DNA from: an uncultured Candidatus Saccharibacteria bacterium
GTDB taxonomy: Bacteria > Patescibacteriota > Minisyncoccia > Phycocordibacterales > UBA2100
Direction: 5' to 3'
Assembly (NCBI GenBank): GCA_964512835.1
Contig: CAZELA010000003.1
Coordinates: forward strand, 152,098 to 216,097
Length of the DNA stretch: 64,000 bases
How positions within the stretch are numbered: the first letter of the stretch is position 1; every line of letters starts with the position of its first letter. This document shows positions 1 through 8,651 of the stretch, in pieces. The notes under the pieces were generated by a model. That model was not told the DNA's origin. It saw only the letters and a program-made list of their open reading frames with translations, and searched no databases. A program made the translations under genes and the position numbers.

Positions 1-247
1 CTTTTGCAGGTGGTCGAACTCTTCGGATAAAAGTGATCGTTCCACAGTATACGAGTCCGCCGGCTGTGTTGACGAAGAAATATCGTGGTAAATCAATACC
101 GGAATCGTGCTGTGTTTGGGCCAGAAGGCATACCCGATCAGGACAAACACGATTCCCAGGAGTGCAAACGGATAGCGCCATGCATGCATATGCGAAGTAT
201 ATAAAACAAATCGGCGCGCGGATGATCCCGCGCGCCGTTTCAAAAGA

Positions 248-1297
248 TCAGTGTCCGAAGAATCCGCGCGCTTCGGTGTCCGGTACGAGTAGCAGCGATG
301 TTTCGTGCGCGATGCACGCGTCTTTCACCTCGTGGTCGCGGATTGATCCGCTTGTTGCGAGTATGGCGTGTACGCCGGCCTGTATCAGGCAAAGCGGCCC
401 GTCCGAAAACGGAAAGAAGCTGTCCGAGTACGCGACCGCGTCGCGGATTGCGTGACCTGCATCATGTGCGCGCTTGATCGCAAGTTCGGCAGCACCTACC
501 CGGTCTTGCTGACCGACGCCGTTGCCGATCAGCTTGCCGTGAGAGACAAGCGTGATCGTGTTGCTGTTCGATGTTGAGCCGATTGCCCACGCGAACGCCA
601 TGTCGGTGAGACGCGATTCGTCCGGAAGCGGTCCGATGCACTCGCTGCCGAGAAGGTGCGGCACGAACGTGTAGTTCTCTTGCTCGAGGAATCCCCCGCG
701 AACGTACCGAATACGAGCGTGTGTATCGAGCGATGTCGCATCAATCGAAGCCAGTGCCGGATTTGCGAGCAGTACGCACTTGTCGCCCTTCCCCTTCAGG
801 AGCTCGACGGCATGTGCGGTGAATGACGGGGCGATGACCGCCGCGAGCAGTCGGCGAACGCCCTTGCTCTCGTGTTGCAGCAGGTCGGTCGCGATAGCGG
901 CGTCGATTTCGAAGTTCGTTATGATTACGCCGCCAAAGACCGCGCGCAAATCTCCTTCGATTGCGAACTGTGTCGCGTGTGAGTCGAGCTCGCTATATGC
1001 GCCACCGCAGCAATTTCCGTGCTTTGCTGCGAGTGCAATCTTCCACTGCCGCTGACGTCCGTTCTTGAGCAGGCCGGCAACTGCGTGTGTAATTGTCTGC
1101 AAAAGACGGTCGACGTCGCAGAGCGTGTTGTAGCTCGGCGCCGGGCCCGCAACCTGCTTGAACTTGTGGAGTGCAAGCGGGTCACCCGATTCGGGCATGA
1201 ACGCGTAGTGCGACATCATCCCCTGTTGGCCGTTCTCAGCCTTTCCCATCCTTTGTAGGATCCCCTTGATGCCGGGGTGCCATACGTCGCCATTCAT
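248..1297 (-). CDS. purH: AICAR transformylase domain protein (PurH C-terminal domain only)
   Basis: KHGNCCGGAY and YSDSFFPFSDG motifs typical of the PurH formyltransferase domain; no MGS-like IMP cyclohydrolase domain. The track ORF extends to 1396, but ATG at 1297 follows a GAGGAG RBS and avoids overlap with the divergent xer start. Confidence 0.7.
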   Translation of the reverse strand: MNGDVWHPGIKGILQRMGKAENGQQGMMSHYAFMPESGDPLALHKFKQVAGPAPSYNTLCDVDRLLQTITHAVAGLLKNGRQRQWKIALAAKHGNCCGGAYSELDSHATQFAIEGDLRAVFGGVIITNFEIDAAIATDLLQHESKGVRRLLAAVIAPSFTAHAVELLKGKGDKCVLLANPALASIDATSLDTHARIRYVRGGFLEQENYTFVPHLLGSECIGPLPDESRLTDMAFAWAIGSTSNSNTITLVSHGKLIGNGVGQQDRVGAAELAIKRAHDAGHAIRDAVAYSDSFFPFSDGPLCLIQAGVHAILATSGSIRDHEVKDACIAHETSLLLVPDTEARGFFGH

Positions 1298-1395
1298 GGT
1301 CTGTGCTCCTCTGTTGAGTGACTCATGTATGTCAAAGTAGGAGGATGTGGTCAATATCGACCGCGTCGCACAATATTGTGCGATACACTGGATCA

Positions 1396-2304
1396 ATGGC
1401 TGCAGATCTGGGGTTGATGAAAACGCAGTTCCTGGAATATCTCGAGATCGAGAAGGGTCGGGGTGTCAAAACCGTCGAAAATTACGACCGCTATCTCAAG
1501 CGTTTTCTCGACTTTGCAAAGGTAAAGAACCCTGCCGCGATCACCGAGCAAATGGTTCGTGAGTTTCGAATCGCACTGAATCGTTCTGCGGGTACGGCGG
1601 GCACGATGAAAAAGAATACGCAAAACTATCATCTGATAGCGCTGCGCGCGTTCCTGAAGTTCCTGCGTAAGCGAGACATCGAAAGCCTTAACCCCGAGCG
1701 GATAGAGCTTGCGAAGGTGGGCGGGCGCGATCTGGATCTCATCACAGCAGCCGAGCTTGAGCGGCTGATGAAAGGACCGACTGGTGACTCGCTCTCCGCA
1801 CTGCGCGACAAAGCGATCCTCGAACTCTTATTCTCGACCGGTCTACGCGTATCAGAGCTCTGTAATTTGAATCAGGACCTGGACCTGACGCGCGATGAGT
1901 TCTCGGTCCGAGGCAAGGGGGAAAAGGTGCGTGTCGTGTTCCTGTCCGACGACGCAAAAAAGGCGGTAGCTGCGTATCTGAAGAAGCGCGGCGATTTTGG
2001 CGAAGCGCTTTTCGTAGGCTACAGCAAAGCAAAGAAAACAAAGGACCTCTCGCGCCTCACGCCGCGCTCCGTCGAGCGGTTGGTTAAGAGTTATGCGACC
2101 AAAGCCGGGATCACCCGCAAGGTCACGCCGCACGTCATTCGCCACTCATTTGCGACCGATCTGCTTTCAAACGGTGCGGACCTGCGCAGCGTGCAGGCAC
2201 TGCTCGGTCATGCGAATATTTCTACAACGCAGGTCTACACACACGTGACCGACTCCCATCTGCGCGACGTGCACAAGGCATTTCACGGTAAGCGACGGCA
2301 CTAA
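1396..2304 (+). CDS. xerC: tyrosine site-specific recombinase XerC/XerD family
   Basis: N-terminal core-binding domain (YLEIEKGRGVKTVENYDRYLKRF) and C-terminal catalytic residues (HVIRHSFATDLL ... LLGHANISTTQVYTHV) with the conserved R..HxxR..Y pattern; start refined to MAADLG. Confidence 0.85.
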   Translation: MAADLGLMKTQFLEYLEIEKGRGVKTVENYDRYLKRFLDFAKVKNPAAITEQMVREFRIALNRSAGTAGTMKKNTQNYHLIALRAFLKFLRKRDIESLNPERIELAKVGGRDLDLITAAELERLMKGPTGDSLSALRDKAILELLFSTGLRVSELCNLNQDLDLTRDEFSVRGKGEKVRVVFLSDDAKKAVAAYLKKRGDFGEALFVGYSKAKKTKDLSRLTPRSVERLVKSYATKAGITRKVTPHVIRHSFATDLLSNGADLRSVQALLGHANISTTQVYTHVTDSHLRDVHKAFHGKRRH

Positions 2305-2317
2305 GCGCATACTAGAA

Positions 2318-2352
2318 AAGGCGGCACAAGGACGTGCCGCCTTTCTCCCCGA
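2318..2352 (+). terminator. rho-independent terminator after xer gene
   Basis: GGCGGCAC-AAGGAC-GTGCCGCC hairpin followed by TTTCT. Confidence 0.6.
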
Positions 2353-2733
2353 GAATGTGATGGAAGGTGTTAGCTGTTTGTCTGTCTCTTGAAGAACAGA
2401 GACTGCGCACGAACGGGTCGCTTGAGTGTCGTTACTGAATATCGCGACCGCTGTTCGGGTTGGCGGACGCGGAACATGCCGACACTGTCACCGGAGACCG
2501 TCCGGAACGACGCCCACTCGTCTGCCCCTTTTTCGGACGTGGCTGCAAACAAACTCATCTGGCCATTATTGAATCGGTTCATATATCGCGCACGCGAGCG
2601 GGCTCTTTAGTGATCCGTCATAATCAGACGTTTCATTCCCCCGCGTAAACATAGTTATAGCTCGCGGCACGTGTAACAAAGATGAAGAAGTTCATCGAGC
2701 CTCGCCCACGGTCACTATGGTAGGCTTGCTGCT

Positions 2734-3531
2734 ATGAAACTGGCTACCTGGAACGTGAACGGTATACGTAACGTGCACAAAAAGGGGTTACTGAGCGTGC
2801 TGTTTGACCGAGAGGACCCGGACATTGTCGGGTTTCAGGAGACCAAAGCCGAACAACACCAGTCAGAGGTTGATCTCCCTGACTACGAGGAGTTTTGGAA
2901 TTCTTCCAAGGCTAAAAAAGGGTATTCCGGGACGGCGATATTCACCAAACCGACTCCCGAGGCCGTTCTCTATGACTTTCCGGAAGATATTGTCTCTAAA
3001 TACCGGCTCGAGGATAAGTATGGCGACCCCAACGGCGAGGGCCGTGTAATAGCGGCCGAATACGAGGATTTTCATTTTGTGACGGTCTATACCCCGAACT
3101 CCAAGGACGACCTGTCGCGCATTCCCCTGCGGCACAAGAACTGGGACCCTGCGTTTCTCGAGTACATGAAACGGCTGGAAGAAACAAAGCCCGTGATCTT
3201 TTGCGGCGATCTCAACGTGGCCCATACGCCGGATGACCTTGCGAACGCAAAACCGAATGAAGGCAAGAAGGGTTTCACCATGGAGGAGCGCTCGGGCATA
3301 GACAAGATGATTGATGCGGGATTTGTTGACGCGTTTCGATTACATACACAGGGTAAAGGACACTACACGTGGTGGAGTCACTTCGCGAACGCGCGCGAGC
3401 GGAATGTAGGGTGGCGCATCGACTACTTTTTTGTCAGCGCATCGCTCGCACCGCTTGTTACACGAGTAAAGATCCATGCCGACATCATGGGATCTGACCA
3501 CTGTCCGGTGACGCTGGAGCTAGATTTATAG
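2734..3531 (+). CDS. xthA: exodeoxyribonuclease III (AP endonuclease)
   Basis: MKLATWNVNG, QETK, CGDLNVAH and SDHCPV motifs of the ExoIII/APE1 family. Confidence 0.9.
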   Translation: MKLATWNVNGIRNVHKKGLLSVLFDREDPDIVGFQETKAEQHQSEVDLPDYEEFWNSSKAKKGYSGTAIFTKPTPEAVLYDFPEDIVSKYRLEDKYGDPNGEGRVIAAEYEDFHFVTVYTPNSKDDLSRIPLRHKNWDPAFLEYMKRLEETKPVIFCGDLNVAHTPDDLANAKPNEGKKGFTMEERSGIDKMIDAGFVDAFRLHTQGKGHYTWWSHFANARERNVGWRIDYFFVSASLAPLVTRVKIHADIMGSDHCPVTLELDL

Positions 3532-3539
3532 GGACAGAA

Positions 3540-3960
3540 TAGAATCTGTGACCGATAGACGGAGCAAATGTCCGTTATCCACTTATCCCCATAAGTTATC
3601 CACAGTACTGTCCTTTACGACTTCCTAAAGGACAGTATTATTACCAACGGTGGTTCTTTAAGACTTCTCATTTGATTCTGAAAATAAATGAGATTCATAG
3701 GTACAAAGTACTCTCGCCTACAAAAATAAAGATGCCTCCGCATCTATTGGAGAAAAAGTACGTTTGTCCGAAGGATATCTCAAAGTTCTTTAAAAAGAAT
3801 GGAATGGGAGTCAAAAAAATGTCGCCAGACGGCGGCAATCCGACTAGAGAGAAACGGGTTGCTACGTCTGGCGATATCTTTTTTAAACTTCATATCCGAA
3901 GCGTAGCTTCGGGCATGAATGGAGTTTAAAAAAGATATGGCCGGAGCCGGGACCCAGTGC
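3540..3960. promoter_or_regulatory. AT-rich non-coding region with DnaA-box-like motifs
   Basis: Perfect TTATCCACA at 3596-3604 plus TTATCCACT; 36-bp element at 3570-3605 that recurs inverted at 7544-7577; 10-bp perfect hairpin at 3608-3635; strongly AT-rich relative to the ~58% GC background. Confidence 0.5.
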
Positions 3961-4115
3961 CGATTTAAGGCATTGGGCGGCGAGGCTGGGGCCGGCGGGC
4001 ATTTTGCGGAGCAAAATGAACCGTGGCTCTTTTTTGGGTCCTCTCGGCGAAGTCCAAAGCCCCTATAAACGAGTGCAAGAGGCCGCTATCTGCGGCCTTT
4101 TGCATACATATGTAT

Positions 4116-5594
4116 TTAATTGACGTGGTGTTTTTTTCGGAGTTCCGCTATGGCGGCGGCATCCTCCTCGGCGCGACGGTCCTTCCCCTGCTCCCCCAAC
4201 GTGCGCAGCTCTTCGTTGTTCATGGTGCGCATTTCCGTTGCGCGGGATTCCAAATATTCGGCTGTATTCCTAGTTGGTTCGTCTAAAACCTCTTCGAGCA
4301 ATGCATGCAGTATCCAGCCGATGCGCGGACCGGCAGGCTCCCCCATCGCGATCAATCGTGAGCCGTCGATCTTGAGCATGCCGACCGAAACAGGGTCGCG
4401 CATTGCCTCGTCAATCATCGACATGTACTTACGGAGCCGGAATGGGTGCGCCTTGGGCCGACCCGTGCCGATGCGGTCGCACACACGCAAGTTCAGGAGA
4501 TCTGCGATGTTCTCCTGCCCTACGCGCGCGATCAAGCGACGTACCGCTGAGAGCGTGATCTGGTCGGGATCCGAGAAAAACATGTGCACCCGAACGAGCA
4601 GAGAGACCTTTTCAATGATTTCCTTGGGGTATTTCAAATCAGCAAGGATACGTTTGGCCATCTTTGCGGACACAACATCGTGTCCATGGAAGGTCCAATC
4701 ACCCTTTTCGTCTGACCATTCTCGCGTCGCGGGTTTGCCGATGTCGTGCAAAAGCGCAGCCAGGCGCACATCGAGCGCCCATCCCTGATCTGCTGCATGC
4801 TGCATGCTGCGGAGCAGGTGCTCAAATACATCGAATGAGTGGGCCTGGTTTTGGGCGCATCCAATACCCTCTTCGAGCTCCGGTATCACATACGTGAGGA
4901 CGCCGAGCTTCTGCGCCATATAAATGGCCTGTAACGGCCGGTCCGAGAGGAGAATGCGCGAGAATTCGTCGCGTATACGCTCTTTTGATATTTTGCCGAG
5001 CTGTGCGGCATTTGCTGCAATCCCTGCCATCGTAGTGCCGTCGATCGCAAAATCGAGCTCCGCAGCAATGCGGATAGCGCGCAACATGCGCAGGGCGTCT
5101 TCCTCGAAGCGCTTGTGTGCGTCCCCCACTGTTACCAGCACTTTGCGCTCTATATCGGTCTTTCCCTCGTGCTCGTCGATGAGTTCTCCTGTTGATGGGT
5201 CGTACGCGATTGCATTGATCGTAAAGTCGCGACGTTCCAGGTCGTCGTGGAGCGTGTCGCTGAACCGAACCTCGTCGGGGTGTCGGGCGTTACTGTACTT
5301 TCCCTCGACGCGGTACGGCGTGATCTCGACGACTTTGAGTTTCGGGTTTTCCGACTGCGTCACGACGCCAACCGTGCCGTAGTCGTTCTCGTAAAACGAT
5401 TCTTCGTACAGAGACTGGATTTGTTCCGGGCGTGCATTGGTTGTGATGTCCCAGTCTTTGGGCTCTCGACCGATCAAGAGGTCGCGTACACAACCGCCGA
5501 CAAGATACGCTTCGTACCCTGCCTGCTTCAGTGTCGCGTGAATATCGAGGATTTCCTGCGGAACAAGAAGCTCCTTGTGTGTCATGTGAGACAT
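4116..5594 (-). CDS. cca: CCA-adding tRNA nucleotidyltransferase with HD domain
   Basis: Pol-beta nucleotidyltransferase N-terminus (GGCVRDLLIGREPKDWDITT) and HD domain (HDIGK) in a ~490-aa protein. Confidence 0.85.
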   Translation of the reverse strand: MSHMTHKELLVPQEILDIHATLKQAGYEAYLVGGCVRDLLIGREPKDWDITTNARPEQIQSLYEESFYENDYGTVGVVTQSENPKLKVVEITPYRVEGKYSNARHPDEVRFSDTLHDDLERRDFTINAIAYDPSTGELIDEHEGKTDIERKVLVTVGDAHKRFEEDALRMLRAIRIAAELDFAIDGTTMAGIAANAAQLGKISKERIRDEFSRILLSDRPLQAIYMAQKLGVLTYVIPELEEGIGCAQNQAHSFDVFEHLLRSMQHAADQGWALDVRLAALLHDIGKPATREWSDEKGDWTFHGHDVVSAKMAKRILADLKYPKEIIEKVSLLVRVHMFFSDPDQITLSAVRRLIARVGQENIADLLNLRVCDRIGTGRPKAHPFRLRKYMSMIDEAMRDPVSVGMLKIDGSRLIAMGEPAGPRIGWILHALLEEVLDEPTRNTAEYLESRATEMRTMNNEELRTLGEQGKDRRAEEDAAAIAELRKKHHVN

Positions 5595-5699
5595 TGTAAC
5601 TGGTTTTAGATACGGGATTCGGCCAAGAGCTCAAAACTTTGCCGTCGCAAAGTTTTTCCTCTCGGCCCTACTCACCCATCCCCGCCTACCGGCGGGTCC

Positions 5700-5730
5700 C
5701 CAGGGTTCGTTTTCGAATCCCTCCGGGAGG
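5700..5730 (+). repeat. inverted partial copy of the tRNA-Arg T-arm/acceptor 3' end
   Basis: GGGTTCG-ttttCGAATCCCTCCGGGAG matches the 3' 25 nt of the adjacent tRNA-Arg in the opposite orientation. Confidence 0.5.
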
Positions 5731-5779
5731 CTACTAAATCATAGTCGCATAACGCTTCGCGTTATGCTCGTTGATTTTG

Positions 5780-5851
5780 TGCTCCCGGAGGGATTCGAAC
5801 CCCCAATAACAGTTCCGAAGACTGTCGTGATATCCATTTCACTACGAGAGC
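5780..5851 (-). tRNA. tRNA-Arg (anticodon UCG)
   Basis: 72-nt cloverleaf read on the minus strand: acceptor GCTCTCG/CGGGAGC, anticodon stem ACAGT/ACTGT with loop CTTCGGA, T-loop TTCGAAT; CCA not encoded. Confidence 0.8.
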
Positions 5852-5908
5852 AGTGGGGGTATCTTACCCTATCTTGAGCATTTTTAATACGGAGAATCGG
5901 TCAAGCGC

Positions 5909-6134
5909 TCGAAAAGTCCCCGGCCGGGACTTTTCTCCGCCTGACCACGCTCGGGCATCCCCGCGTGCTCGCGGGGCCCTGCCCTCGCCTTCGATTCTCC
6001 TCCCACCGCCTAAAACGAAAGAGAGGGGCTCCTCGCCCCTCTCTTTCGTTTTAGGTGCGGGTTGGCTCCTACGGAGCCCCCGCACGTCGTCGGAACGAAA
6101 AGAGAGAGCCTGCTGGCTCTCTCTTTTCGTTCCT
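5909..6134. repeat. cluster of four long perfect stem-loops between tRNA-Arg and tRNA-Gly
   Basis: 10-bp hairpin at 5909-5934; 21-bp perfect stem at 6009-6055 (CCTAAAACGAAAGAGAGGGGC/GCCCCTCTCTTTCGTTTTAGG); hairpin at 6056-6084; 19-bp perfect stem at 6092-6134; the two long stems are sequence-related. Confidence 0.7.
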
Positions 6135-6139
6135 CCTAG

Positions 6140-6210
6140 TGCGGGTACGGAGAATCGAACTCCGATCTCCACCTTGGCAAGGTGGCGTTCTACCATTAAA
6201 CCATGCCCGC
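6140..6210 (-). tRNA. tRNA-Gly (anticodon GCC)
   Basis: 71-nt cloverleaf GCGGGCA...TACCCGCA, anticodon loop TTGCCAA, T-loop TTCGATT. Confidence 0.85.
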
Positions 6211-6376
6211 TTATCTTGATTGTCTACCCTACTCTCTACGTGGACGTATCATCCACCGAAACCTGCCGCATTTTGTTTTGTCACTGCTACTTCCCTGCTT
6301 TCGCAAGACTGAACCGCTGGATTATACAGCAGGAATGACGCTCAGCAATAAGCTGCGCTGCATTTCCGACTCTATG

Positions 6377-7369
6377 CTACTTGCTTTCGGTCTTTGTCTC
6401 CTCCGTCTTGGTAACGGTGGTCGTCTTTTTGTTCGGTACAGGCGAAGCGGGTGGCAGCATGACCGGTCCTGTCCGATAGGCGCTGTAGAGTCCTATAGCG
6501 GCCGCTACGAGCAGGATCACAGGAATGAAGTAGCTGAGGCGGCAGTCGAGAGCGAACTTCCAGAATACGAGCAGTATTACGAGCGGCACGCCGATCAGTA
6601 CTGCGGGCAACGCGCTGTGTCGCAGGGCGAGCGCCGGCTCTGAAAGGCCTACGAAGGCCGTGATCACAAAGAAGATCGCAAGCAGGATGAACCACAGCTG
6701 GTACGAACCGTTCTTCGTGCACATCTTCGCAACCAAGTTACCGATTGTCGTAGAAGTTGCCGACGTCGAACCGACGATCGGGGTGTTCGTGTGGCTGCCG
6801 GCCACAGATCCCTTGGAGCCCCCGGCATTCTGGTGGGCACCGGACACTGAGCCGGTTCCCGATACTCCCCCATTGTCTGATCCTGTATCAGTCGGCACCG
6901 TAGGCTGCTGTACCGGGTTCGATGTCTCAATATTCCCCGCTGCATCGGTTGTGAACGAGACTGTTGAAAGGCATACCGGGGCGTTCGGCAGCGCCGACAT
7001 CATGGTAATCGTGACCGGCACAATACCGTTCACTGGCACTGTAGTGTCCACATGAAGGCGGAGTGACCCGTCCGTATCAATATCGCGGGTCATGTAGTTG
7101 AACGGGATCGATACATCCCCTGCTACCCCGACAAGGCCCACGTATGAAGAGTCGGATAAGACTACGTCAAACGACTGCAGCTCGCCTTCATAAATGTACG
7201 GGGTGACCGATTTCACGAACAACGGTGCGCAGGTGTTTGAGCCTGGCGGCAAAACCTGCTTTGTAAGGACCGACGCAGATCCTGCAGCGGCAAGAGACGG
7301 CGTAGCGAGCAGCGCCACGGCAGTTATGGTTCCGACAATGCCTCGCGCGACGCGGGATGCGGTGTTCAT
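6377..7369 (-). CDS. hypothetical secreted/membrane-anchored protein
   Basis: N-terminal signal peptide, Ser/Thr/Gly-rich extracellular region, C-terminal transmembrane helices. Confidence 0.5.
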   Translation of the reverse strand: MNTASRVARGIVGTITAVALLATPSLAAAGSASVLTKQVLPPGSNTCAPLFVKSVTPYIYEGELQSFDVVLSDSSYVGLVGVAGDVSIPFNYMTRDIDTDGSLRLHVDTTVPVNGIVPVTITMMSALPNAPVCLSTVSFTTDAAGNIETSNPVQQPTVPTDTGSDNGGVSGTGSVSGAHQNAGGSKGSVAGSHTNTPIVGSTSATSTTIGNLVAKMCTKNGSYQLWFILLAIFFVITAFVGLSEPALALRHSALPAVLIGVPLVILLVFWKFALDCRLSYFIPVILLVAAAIGLYSAYRTGPVMLPPASPVPNKKTTTVTKTEETKTESK

Positions 7370-7429
7370 ATAGGAATGTCGACACCCTATTCTTTGTGCA
7401 CCGTCGCGTCAAGCGGTCGCAAGCCACAT

Positions 7430-7740
7430 TGGAAGCGCTGTCAAATCTGTGTTATAGCGCTCAACAGAGCCATTTAATCGGACATCGGCGCGTGTCCAAA
7501 ATGTACGTTTTACATGGACAAAACGTCAAAAATCATCAAATCTGGGGATAACTTATGGGTATAAGTGGATAACGGACGGAATTCAGCAGAAAAATGCGTC
7601 CGTGATTAATTGTTAATATGGCTTAACAGAGCCATATTATGACGCGCGCGTTAAAGACGCGTAATTATCCCCAAAGCCCACTGAATACGTTTCATTAGTA
7701 ACATAGGTGGCTCGGGTTTCCCGTGAAATGGGTATACTAC
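7430..7740. promoter_or_regulatory. AT-rich region with DnaA-box-like motifs and iteron-like direct repeats
   Basis: Inverted copy (7544-7577) of the 3570-3605 element; TTATCCCCA and TTATCCACT boxes; ~28-bp direct repeat GTTAnnnnGCTnAACAGAGCCATnTnAT at 7451-7478 and 7612-7640. Confidence 0.5.
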
Positions 7741-7744
7741 GTAC

Positions 7745-8140
7745 ATGGCCGCCTATTCAAAGCGGAGACAGTTGGGTAACCAAGGAGAGGATATTGCGTG
7801 CCAGTATCTTACGAGAAAGGGTTTTGCTGTGATCGAGCGAAACTTCCTGCGTCCTTGGGGAGAGGTCGACGTTATATGTAGGCTTGGTGATCAGATGCGC
7901 TTTATCGAGGTGAAGACCATTTCACGTGCAACGTCCACGAGCGAGGGTTCACGTGGAACACCGAATATGACGGCCGAGGATCATGTGCATCCCGCCAAAC
8001 TGCAACGGCTCGCTCGTACCGTCGAGACATATATGGCAGACATACCGGGCGATATCGACTATCAAATCGATTTGGTTACGGTAGAGCTCGATATGAAGAC
8101 GCGAACTGCCAAATGTAAGCTCTACGAACAAATCTTGTAG
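7745..8140 (+). CDS. YraN family (UPF0102) predicted endonuclease
   Basis: GxxGEDIAxxYLxxKGFxVIERNF...GEVDVI...FIEVK pattern typical of UPF0102. Confidence 0.7.
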   Translation: MAAYSKRRQLGNQGEDIACQYLTRKGFAVIERNFLRPWGEVDVICRLGDQMRFIEVKTISRATSTSEGSRGTPNMTAEDHVHPAKLQRLARTVETYMADIPGDIDYQIDLVTVELDMKTRTAKCKLYEQIL

Positions 8141-8385
8141 GAAAGATGCCATTCAAAGCGGCAATGTCCGTTAAAAGTGTCCTATAAGGCCTTAATTTGT
8201 CCTATAGGACACGTGGAGGGTGGGGGACGCGTGTTTCCTCGAGTGCACGAACTCGTTGCGTAAATGTTGATATATTCGGTCGTGTGGGTGTATGCAGACT
8301 GCCGTGAGGGCGTTACTGTCTATTTTTTTCAGTGCGCCAATGGCCGCACTCAGTTTTCTTGGTATCAGGGGAAGTGAGCTTTTTC

Positions 8386-8430
8386 AGGGTGCCGAGAATC
8401 GAACGCGGTCTACTTAGTCCCATAAGCTCT
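8386..8430 (-). repeat. partial tRNA-Pro-like 3' fragment
   Basis: GGGACTAAGTAGACCGCGTTCGATTCTCGGCACCC resembles the anticodon-to-3' portion of the adjacent tRNA-Pro but lacks a 5' half. Confidence 0.5.
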
Positions 8431-8436
8431 CTTCTT

Positions 8437-8507
8437 TCGGGGCGCCGAGAATCGAACTCGGTCTACATGGTCCCAAACCATGCGTACTACCGGTATACTA
8501 CGCCCCG
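8437..8507 (-). tRNA. tRNA-Pro (anticodon UGG)
   Basis: Acceptor CGGGGCG/CGCCCCG, anticodon stem CATGG/CCATG with loop TTTGGGA, T-arm CCGAG-TTCGATT-CTCGG. Confidence 0.8.
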
Positions 8508-8651
8508 AAACAAGAGACCTTAGCCAGGCGTGCTACCGCCGATTAATGTATAGGCTACGTCCCGTTATTCAGCTGTGGTGTTTCGTGCCGTGGCGCGTTA
8601 CACGTAAAACCTCCTGAACCTCAGGATACTAGCACGCTTTGGACGGGGGAG

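Noticed and set aside
5853-6338. ORFs across the hairpin cluster and tRNA-Gly (5853-6338 plus strand, 5864-6196 minus strand)
   Set aside because: They span perfect palindromes and a tRNA gene. Their symmetric translations on both strands are the signature of hairpin DNA, not coding sequence.
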